Positions 57,737-64,000 of a DNA stretch of 64,000 nucleotides are shown here, in pieces (the first letter of the stretch is position 1; every line of letters starts with the position of its first letter). The notes below the pieces were generated by a model. That model searched no databases. It was not told the origin of the DNA and saw nothing but the letters and a program-made list of their open reading frames with translations. The translations under genes and the position numbers were made by a program. The stretch is taken from positions 1 through 64,000 of IMG/VR virus record IMGVR_UViG_3300032164_000004; one strand, written 5' to 3'. The stretch comes from a virus.

Positions 57737-57904
57737 GAATCGTGCTATCATAAATTATGAGATACAAACACGTATTATCGTTAATTGTTGAAACTCCAGA
57801 TATGCAGAATAGTACATTAGCCGAAGATGTTCAAGGAATGTTGAATGTATTATGCCCTTTAACGTTTAAATGCGAACCACTCGAATTGAATGAGGAAATG
57901 TATT

Positions 57905-59005
57905 ATGAAGCTACCGACTCTATATCATAAAAGTAAGAGTGGTTCAATTCGTCAATGGACGGTTTGGACTGAAGGTAATGTAATTAAAACTGAACATGGT
58001 ACGGTCGGTGGCCAAATGCAAATTGCCACTAGAAATGCGGAAGCTAAGAATGTTGGACGAGCAAATTCTACAACTTCTAATGAACAAGCGGATGCTGAAG
58101 CCCAGTCTATGTGGACATATCAGAGAGACCGTAAGTATAGGGAATCTATTAAAGCCGCTCAAGAGGATGAATTAGCTCTTCCTATGCTTGCACGAAGTAA
58201 GGTATTTAAACGCGAAGAAAAAAATAGGTATCCAGTTGATGTACAACCTAAGTTTGATGGGGTTAGGTGTTTGGCGTTTAAGGAAAATGGTGAAGTTAAG
58301 TTGACTTCCCGGAATGGAAAACCGTGGACTGTTCCTCATATTGCTAAGATTTTGGCGCCATATCTCCATGATGGTGATGTTTTAGATGGTGAGTTGTATG
58401 TTCACGGTATAGGATTTCAGACTATCACTAGTTGGGTGAAAAAGCTTCAACCAGATACCGCTAAAGTTTGTTACTATGTTTATGATTGTCCTGAATTTAA
58501 GGGTGGTGATTTTAGGTGGCAAATTAGACAGGATAATAAAGATGAGATTTTACATGGAGTAAATTCTCCATATATTATAAATGTACATTCGTATCATGCA
58601 TGGAATGCTGATGAGGTTTTCAAATATGCCGCTGAATTTGTTTCCCAAGGTTTTGAGGGTGGTATAGTTCGTTTAACGGATGGAATGTATCGTTATGGAT
58701 ACCGTTCTAACGATCTTTTGAAGGTAAAAGATTTTAAGGATGAGGAGTTTGAAGTTGTTGGTCATACGACAGGTGAATTGGGAACTAAAGAAGCTAATGC
58801 AGTTATTTGGGAATGTAGGACTAAAGATGGTAAGAAATTTAAAGTGAGACCACGAGGTTCTATAACTGATAGAGAAACGATGGCTATTAGGGCTATTAGG
58901 CGAATAGGTCATTTATATAAAGTGAAGTTTTTTGAATATACCGATGATGGACTTCCGAGATTTCCTGTTGGTTTGGGATTTAGAGATACTATGGATATGT
59001 CATGA
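57905..59005 (+). CDS. ATP-dependent DNA ligase
   Basis: PMLA, QPKFDGVR, LDGELY, EG, LLKVK, PRFP. Confidence 0.92.
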   Translation: MKLPTLYHKSKSGSIRQWTVWTEGNVIKTEHGTVGGQMQIATRNAEAKNVGRANSTTSNEQADAEAQSMWTYQRDRKYRESIKAAQEDELALPMLARSKVFKREEKNRYPVDVQPKFDGVRCLAFKENGEVKLTSRNGKPWTVPHIAKILAPYLHDGDVLDGELYVHGIGFQTITSWVKKLQPDTAKVCYYVYDCPEFKGGDFRWQIRQDNKDEILHGVNSPYIINVHSYHAWNADEVFKYAAEFVSQGFEGGIVRLTDGMYRYGYRSNDLLKVKDFKDEEFEVVGHTTGELGTKEANAVIWECRTKDGKKFKVRPRGSITDRETMAIRAIRRIGHLYKVKFFEYTDDGLPRFPVGLGFRDTMDMS

Positions 59006-59080
59006 CTTTAAATGAACAATATGAAATCGGAGATATGGGTATAGGCGCGTTTCGCGGGTCTGGCGGAAATATGTAAAAAG

Positions 59081-59173
59081 AGTCATTTAGGTACATTTTG
59101 GATAACAAATGGTAAAATTTCTAAATTAAGTAGGGGTGAAATTCCTATAAATTGGTATAAAGGACGAAAATGT
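59081..59173 (+). pseudogene. Remnant of an HNH/GIY homing endonuclease C-terminus
   Basis: GTFWITNG...IPINWYKGR with no intact ORF upstream. Confidence 0.45.
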
Positions 59174-59245
59174 GCGAAATTAACCTAATAGGTAAGGTGC
59201 TAGCCTTCCAAGCTAGTTATATCGGTTCGAGCCCGATATTTCGCT
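59174..59245 (+). tRNA. tRNA-Gly(TCC)
   Basis: ctagc-CTTCCAA-gctag; no CCA. Confidence 0.9.
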
Positions 59246-59275
59246 TTGTTTATATAAAATTTTTATCGGGGAATT

Positions 59276-60157
59276 ATGTTAGCAGATAAAATCATTAAAC
59301 GAATCGAATTTTTAAAGCCTAAGATGGCCAAAAAAATACGCGAGTCGCTTTACCGAGTAGATATCCGAAGAATGGAAGAATATTTGATACCTTATGAAGA
59401 ATATATGTTATCTATTGGCGAATCTTTAGATTATGGTGTGGATTGTTATTTGAAATTGTGTGATTCGATGTTGTATGAGCGGATCCGGTTTATGCAAACC
59501 GGACACTATAGTAGTAATTCTTTTGGTGAGGTAAATGAAAGAGTTTATGATAATTCAATAGTTATGCGGGAGCATATGTTTGGATTAGCTTTAGCTCAAT
59601 TTTTGTGGAAAGAACAATATTCTAGATTTTGTTTTTTTGAGGAAAATTTGATAAAATATAGGGATTCTATTGATAGATATTTGGAAATTGGTGGCGGTCA
59701 CGCCCTACATCTTAATCGGGCTATAGATACTTTATATTGCGGAACAAAATTTGATTTAGTGGATATTAGTTTAGAATCTATAAAACTTTCTGAAGGGATA
59801 GTAAGATATCCTAAACTTCAATCTCATTTGATGGATATTCACGATTTTTTCCCAATGAAGGGTTATGATTGGATTAATATTGGGGAAGTTCTTGAACACG
59901 TAGAAGATCCTGTTAAATTGTTAAAAAAGGTAAGATCGTTGATGGCACCTGATGGTGATGTTTTTATTAGTGTGCCGGCAAATGCCCCAACTATAGATCA
60001 TATTTTTCTATTTAATGATGCATCGGAAATACGTGATATGATAACGAGTGTGGGATTTGATATAGCGGATGAAATATTGGAATATAGTGAGGATTTGCCT
60101 GCTAATGAATTAGAGGAAAATAAAATAGCATTAATGTATGCTGCTATATTAAGATAA
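59276..60157 (+). CDS. Class I SAM-dependent methyltransferase
   Basis: LEIGGGH, VDIS, EVLEHVEDP. Confidence 0.85.
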   Translation: MLADKIIKRIEFLKPKMAKKIRESLYRVDIRRMEEYLIPYEEYMLSIGESLDYGVDCYLKLCDSMLYERIRFMQTGHYSSNSFGEVNERVYDNSIVMREHMFGLALAQFLWKEQYSRFCFFEENLIKYRDSIDRYLEIGGGHALHLNRAIDTLYCGTKFDLVDISLESIKLSEGIVRYPKLQSHLMDIHDFFPMKGYDWINIGEVLEHVEDPVKLLKKVRSLMAPDGDVFISVPANAPTIDHIFLFNDASEIRDMITSVGFDIADEILEYSEDLPANELEENKIALMYAAILR

Positions 60158-60346
60158 ATACCAATTAGATAAAGTAGTTGGAGATAGGGGGTCGGATCCC
60201 GTAGAATCGACCCAGGCTCCACTAACAGCTTTATATGTTTTTCCATTTCTTAATGAGTAGACTTTAAAACCGTTTGGCGCGCCGGTTGCATTAGGAACAC
60301 CTGTAGTTCTGATGCCAGACGTAATGCGATAAGTAGGTTGTGTCAT
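60149..60346 (-). CDS. Small late-expressed hypothetical protein
   Basis: Minus-strand ORF with CATAAATA 5 nt upstream of ATG. Confidence 0.55.
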   Translation of the reverse strand: MTQPTYRITSGIRTTGVPNATGAPNGFKVYSLRNGKTYKAVSGAWVDSTGSDPLSPTTLSNWYLS

Positions 60347-60356
60347 ATGAGTATTT

Positions 60357-60605
60357 ATGGGGATTGATATGTGTAAATTTTATGGACTTCGTAGAAAAGA
60401 TATTAACCAGTTTTTAGTCGCTAGATCTATGTGTGATGGTTCTCCTATGTTTGCTTCTGATTATATGCAAAGTGGTTTACGTATAGGAGTTAACTATTTT
60501 AATAGGGAAGTCTTAGCTGAGTGTGAAGCTGATTCAATACAAAAATTCTATAAATATCCTATTGAAGTTGTTGAGTTTGATATAGTAGAAGTTAAAAAGG
60601 TTTGA
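60357..60605 (+). CDS. Hypothetical protein
   Basis: ORF only. Confidence 0.45.
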   Translation: MGIDMCKFYGLRRKDINQFLVARSMCDGSPMFASDYMQSGLRIGVNYFNREVLAECEADSIQKFYKYPIEVVEFDIVEVKKV

Positions 60606-60608
60606 TAT

Positions 60609-60679
60609 TCTCGACTAGCTTAAAGGTAAAGCCCGCGGCTGTTAACCGCGTCATTGGGGTTCGATTCCCTGGTTGAGAG
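60609..60679 (+). tRNA. tRNA-Asn(GTT)
   Basis: cgcgg-CTGTTAA-ccgcg; no CCA. Confidence 0.88.
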
Positions 60680-60683
60680 TTCC

Positions 60684-60723
60684 TGGGAACATTAATTGTG
60701 TTTATTTCCGATTAATGTTCCCA
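60684..60723. terminator. 15-bp hairpin after tRNA-Asn
   Basis: tgggaacattaattg / cgattaatgttccca. Confidence 0.6.
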
Positions 60724-60769
60724 AAACATTCTTCTTGCAACCTACACATAAACATGCTATAATCATAGT

Positions 60770-60877
60770 ATGAAAGTATTTTTTAGTTTAGCTTTAGATA
60801 TGACAGCGGCAATTATTGCCGCTGGTACTATGGTTTTTATATTAAAAAGGCTAATGTTAAGGTTCGTAATTATTTAA
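60770..60877 (+). CDS. Small membrane peptide (leaderless)
   Basis: MKVFFSLALDMTAAIIAAGTMVFILKR; promoter at 60735-60763. Confidence 0.45.
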   Translation: MKVFFSLALDMTAAIIAAGTMVFILKRLMLRFVII

Positions 60878-60923
60878 AAAATCAAAAGGGAACTAATAGT
60901 TTTGGTCCCGGTGGGAAATATTA

Positions 60924-61157
60924 ATGAATATAGTATATGTACATTATGGTGATATTGGTGAAATTGCCGTATTTCTTTGTGATGGTAAAAAACTGTCTTT
61001 TCAAGGTGTATATGAAAATTTGGCAGCGTTTTATGTGCTTTGGAAAGAAAAGAATGTGAAAAAGAATTGGAATATTACTCCTAAACTTAGTTTGGAGCAA
61101 TGGATTCAATTAAAGATTGGACAAGTCTTGAATCCGATCTTTGGGCAGGTGGCGTAA
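60924..61157 (+). CDS. Hypothetical protein
   Basis: ORF; end overlaps tRNA-Leu. Confidence 0.4.
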   Translation: MNIVYVHYGDIGEIAVFLCDGKKLSFQGVYENLAAFYVLWKEKNVKKNWNITPKLSLEQWIQLKIGQVLNPIFGQVA

Positions 61158-61230
61158 TTTGGCAGCCGCGCTAGCCTTAGAAGCTAGTGGGAGGAATCCC
61201 GTGAGAGTTCAAGTCTCTCCTTGCCCACCA
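61143..61230 (+). tRNA. tRNA-Leu(TAG)
   Basis: ctagc-CTTAGAA-gctag, variable arm, CCA. Confidence 0.93.
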
Positions 61231-61237
61231 AAAAAAT

Positions 61238-61444
61238 ATGAAACACCTAAATAATGGATTAAACTTGGCGTTGGGTTTGTTGATTTTACATAGATGTACT
61301 CCTGGTGATTTTTGTGTTCAACCCGAACACGATTTTGTGTTTGCTGGCCTAAATGCTATACCAAATACAGAAGAGAAATATGTATTAGAAGGTCTGGGTT
61401 GGGAAGAAGATTTGTATTTTGAATGTTGGGTATATAGGATTTAA
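61238..61444 (+). CDS. Hypothetical protein
   Basis: EHD...LEGLGW motif. Confidence 0.5.
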   Translation: MKHLNNGLNLALGLLILHRCTPGDFCVQPEHDFVFAGLNAIPNTEEKYVLEGLGWEEDLYFECWVYRI

Positions 61445-61448
61445 AAAG

Positions 61449-62060
61449 ATGAAAAAATTATTTACTTTTATTGTTTTAACGTTTGGATTGATGTTAACGC
61501 CAGCGTTTGCGGATATGGTTACTGTGAAGTATGTTGGCAGTCAAGGTGTTGTTTATAATAGTTATTGGACAGGTCCTTCATCACTATTAGTGGATAATGA
61601 TCCTGTAACAGGATTGTGTTTCGATTTTGAACACGGCATTCGTTTAAATGATATTTGGACAGCTAATGTGGTTTCAATGCACGATTTGGCAACATATACT
61701 CCGGCTTATCATTATGGTGAAGTTAATTGGTTAGATAAGTATGAAAAGATTGCTTGGCTTGGGAACCAAATGTCATTGAATCCTTCTTCGCAATATGGAC
61801 CAATTCAATGGGCTATTTGGAGTCAGTTGACACCAATAACTCCTAATGTGGCCACACAAAGTTGGATAACTGCCGCAAATGTAGCGCATACTAATGGTAT
61901 TCCAACATATAATGTGGATTTTTTGTTTCCTGTAACAGAATGTAAGGGACAAGCATTTATGATTCCTTCGACGGTTCCGGAACCAAATAGTATCGTGCTG
62001 TTAAGTGCGGGATTAGTTTTAATTGCAATTGGAAGTATTAGGCGTAAGTTGACATCGTAA
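61449..62060 (+). CDS. PEP-CTERM exosortase substrate surface protein
   Basis: Signal peptide ending AFA; C-terminus VPEPNSIVLLSAGLVLIAIGSIRRK. Confidence 0.9.
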   Translation: MKKLFTFIVLTFGLMLTPAFADMVTVKYVGSQGVVYNSYWTGPSSLLVDNDPVTGLCFDFEHGIRLNDIWTANVVSMHDLATYTPAYHYGEVNWLDKYEKIAWLGNQMSLNPSSQYGPIQWAIWSQLTPITPNVATQSWITAANVAHTNGIPTYNVDFLFPVTECKGQAFMIPSTVPEPNSIVLLSAGLVLIAIGSIRRKLTS

Positions 62061-62077
62061 TGAGTTTGATATATAAT
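62049..62077 (+). promoter_or_regulatory. Consensus sigma70 promoter for leader peptide + tRNA-Phe/Trp
   Basis: TTGACA-N17-TATAAT. Confidence 0.88.
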
Positions 62078-62083
62078 AGTAGT

Positions 62084-62122
62084 ATGACAATTAATCTACA
62101 TCTTTGGCGATTTACCATCTAG
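62084..62122 (+). CDS. Candidate 12-aa leader peptide MTINLHLWRFTI
   Basis: ATG at the expected +1; overlaps the anti-tRNA hairpin strand. Confidence 0.4.
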   Translation: MTINLHLWRFTI

Positions 62123-62134
62123 CTCTCCGAATGG

Positions 62135-62207
62135 GGCTAGATGGTGTAACTGGTGTGCATACCGGTCTGAAAAACCGAGGGTGACAGTTCGATTCTGTCT
62201 CTGGCCA
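62135..62207 (+). tRNA. tRNA-Phe(GAA)
   Basis: CTGAAAA loop, ggctaga/tctggcc. Confidence 0.88.
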
Positions 62208-62215
62208 CCTTATGC

Positions 62216-62290
62216 GGGAGAGTAGTTTAATTGGCAGAATAATGGACTCCAAACCCATTGGTCCGAGATCGTGGCTCGGTTCTCCCGCCA
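62216..62290 (+). tRNA. tRNA-Trp(CCA), atypical T-loop
   Basis: CTCCAAA loop, T-loop ATCGTGG, CCA. Confidence 0.85.
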
Positions 62291-62311
62291 TTATATTAGG
62301 AAAATTAAATT

Positions 62312-62524
62312 ATGACTTGTTTAGAATATTTGAATGAAGAAATTTTAAAAGAAGGTTTTGGTTCAGTTAGATATACTGAAGAGGAATGTCAAGACCTGAT
62401 TATAGAATCCCACCGTTATATTAGAGAAAACGCATTAAAACTTAACAGATTTAGGAGAAATTTAACTAAGTGGCAGTATTTTTGCCTTTACTTAGCTAAT
62501 ATTGATATTTGGAATTTAAAATGA
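62312..62524 (+). CDS. Hypothetical protein
   Basis: ATGA-coupled to gp43. Confidence 0.5.
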   Translation: MTCLEYLNEEILKEGFGSVRYTEEECQDLIIESHRYIRENALKLNRFRRNLTKWQYFCLYLANIDIWNLK

Positions 62525-64000
62525 GATTTTATACTAATGTACAAGTGAGTGGTGATAATATTTTGATTCGTGAAGTGGTAAATGGAAAAAGAAAAAAGCG
62601 TAAAGAACAATATAATCCTACACTTTACGTACCATCATCCAAGAAAACACAATTCAAAACTCTTAATGGAGATTATGTTGAACCAATAAAACCTGGGTCG
62701 ATGTACGAAACGAGAGAGTGGATTAAGAGTTATGATAATGTTAGTGGGTTTGAAATTTTCGGACAAACAGCATATCAATACGCTTGGATAGCAGATGAGT
62801 TTCCAGAAGAAACCGTAGAATACGATATTAAGGATATTTGTACAGTATCTTTAGATATTGAATGTGAGAGTGAAAGAGGCTTTCCATCTCCTGAAACAGC
62901 AACCGAACGAATAAATGCTATCACTATTCGGGACATACAAAAGAAACAGACATATACTTTTGGATTGATTAAACCATATAGTAGTGATAATCCTGAAAGC
63001 GTATATTTCCAATGTTTTACGGAAGAAGATTTGTTGACCAAATTTATAGATATGTGGAATATAATTTCTCCAGATATTGTAACTGGTTGGTCAATTAGTT
63101 TCTTTGATATACCATATCTTGTTAATCGTATAAAAAAACTTTTAGGTGAAGATGAAGCGAAGCGTTTATCTCCATGGAATAGATTGCGAGAAATCACTGT
63201 TGCGTTCATGAATAAGGATGTCCAAAGTTATGAAATATCGGGGATATCTATTATTGATTATTTGCGGATTTATAAGAAATATACTTTTGCGTCTAGGGAG
63301 AATTATCAATTAGGTTATATTACGCAATTGGAATTAGGTAAGACTAAGGTAGACCATACCGAATATGATAGTATGAGCCTATTCTATAAGAACGATTGGC
63401 AAAAGTTTATTACATATAATATCGAGGATGCGTTACTTGTTGAGGAATTGGAGAAAAAATTAAAGTTAATTGATTTAACTTTAATGGTAGCATACCAGGC
63501 GCATATCAACTATGAGGATGTTATATCTCAGGTAAGAACTTGGGATACGATCATTTATAATTATCTGAAACGTGATAATATAGTAATTCCTCAAAAGATT
63601 CATATGAGTAAAGATACTCAGTATGCTGGTGCATATGTTAAGGAACCAAAAGTTGGATTGCATAAATGGGTTGTTTCGTTTGATATAATTTCGCTTTATC
63701 CTTCCATTATAAAGTGCTTAAACATCGGTACAGAAACTAAAATTAATGATTTGTTTTGGGGTCCATGTGGGCCTGATATTTTGTTGGATAAAAAAGAATC
63801 ATTTGAGTCATCATTGTCCACAGCCACCAATAGCAATTATACTCTTGCTGTTAATGGTGTGTATTATAAGAAAGATAGGATTAGTTTTTATTCCAAAATG
63901 ATTGAGAAGCTATTTAATGATCGCGTCGAATATAGGAAAAAAGCAAAGGAAGCAAAATTAGAGATGAATAGGATTGATGAGGAAATAAAATGTAGAGGAG
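62521..64000 (+). CDS. gp43: Family B DNA polymerase (gp43), partial
   Basis: MRFYTNV, LDIE (ExoI), FFDIPYL, YNIED, YAGAYVKEP, SFDIISLYPSII; open to the window end. Confidence 0.95.
   Translation, partial: MRFYTNVQVSGDNILIREVVNGKRKKRKEQYNPTLYVPSSKKTQFKTLNGDYVEPIKPGSMYETREWIKSYDNVSGFEIFGQTAYQYAWIADEFPEETVEYDIKDICTVSLDIECESERGFPSPETATERINAITIRDIQKKQTYTFGLIKPYSSDNPESVYFQCFTEEDLLTKFIDMWNIISPDIVTGWSISFFDIPYLVNRIKKLLGEDEAKRLSPWNRLREITVAFMNKDVQSYEISGISIIDYLRIYKKYTFASRENYQLGYITQLELGKTKVDHTEYDSMSLFYKNDWQKFITYNIEDALLVEELEKKLKLIDLTLMVAYQAHINYEDVISQVRTWDTIIYNYLKRDNIVIPQKIHMSKDTQYAGAYVKEPKVGLHKWVVSFDIISLYPSIIKCLNIGTETKINDLFWGPCGPDILLDKKESFESSLSTATNSNYTLAVNGVYYKKDRISFYSKMIEKLFNDRVEYRKKAKEAKLEMNRIDEEIKCRG

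Noticed and set aside
62775-63663. Minus-strand ORFs here and inside other core genes
   Set aside because: Antisense shadows of gp43 and other well-supported plus-strand genes

Overview
This window is 64 kb of an AT-rich, lytic T4-like myovirus genome, coded almost entirely on the + strand. Positions 0.4-22.7 kb hold the late module: tail-fibre-like proteins, gp16, gp17, gp18, gp19, gp20, gp21, gp22, gp23 and gp3. Positions 23-41 kb hold the T4 core replication and transcription genes (uvsY, uvsW, gp55, gp47, gp46, gp45, gp44, gp62, regA), a repeat-rich ori-like gap, and a nucleotide-metabolism block. Positions 41-62.5 kb form an accessory region with about 18 dispersed tRNAs (several non-canonical) and NAD salvage genes (NadM-Nudix and NadV). 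The same region carries an Rnl5-type RNA ligase, an RlaP-type nucleotidyltransferase, ACP, FkbH, GNAT and macro-domain genes, Ro60/TROVE preceded by four covarying structured RNAs, a SET protein, a Clp-type ATPase, DNA ligase and a PEP-CTERM protein. The gp43 polymerase runs off the right end. Highlights: (1) a Ro60 plus multi-copy mini Y-RNA-like locus inside an RNA-repair/tRNA arsenal; (2) a three-piece terminase joined by two atypically split inteins; (3) a phage ACP-FkbH acyl-transfer operon; (4) a Trp/Phe leader peptide and anti-tRNA hairpin ahead of tRNA-Phe and tRNA-Trp; (5) pervasive leaderless transcription signals. All protein calls come from motif recognition by eye; no database searches were run.
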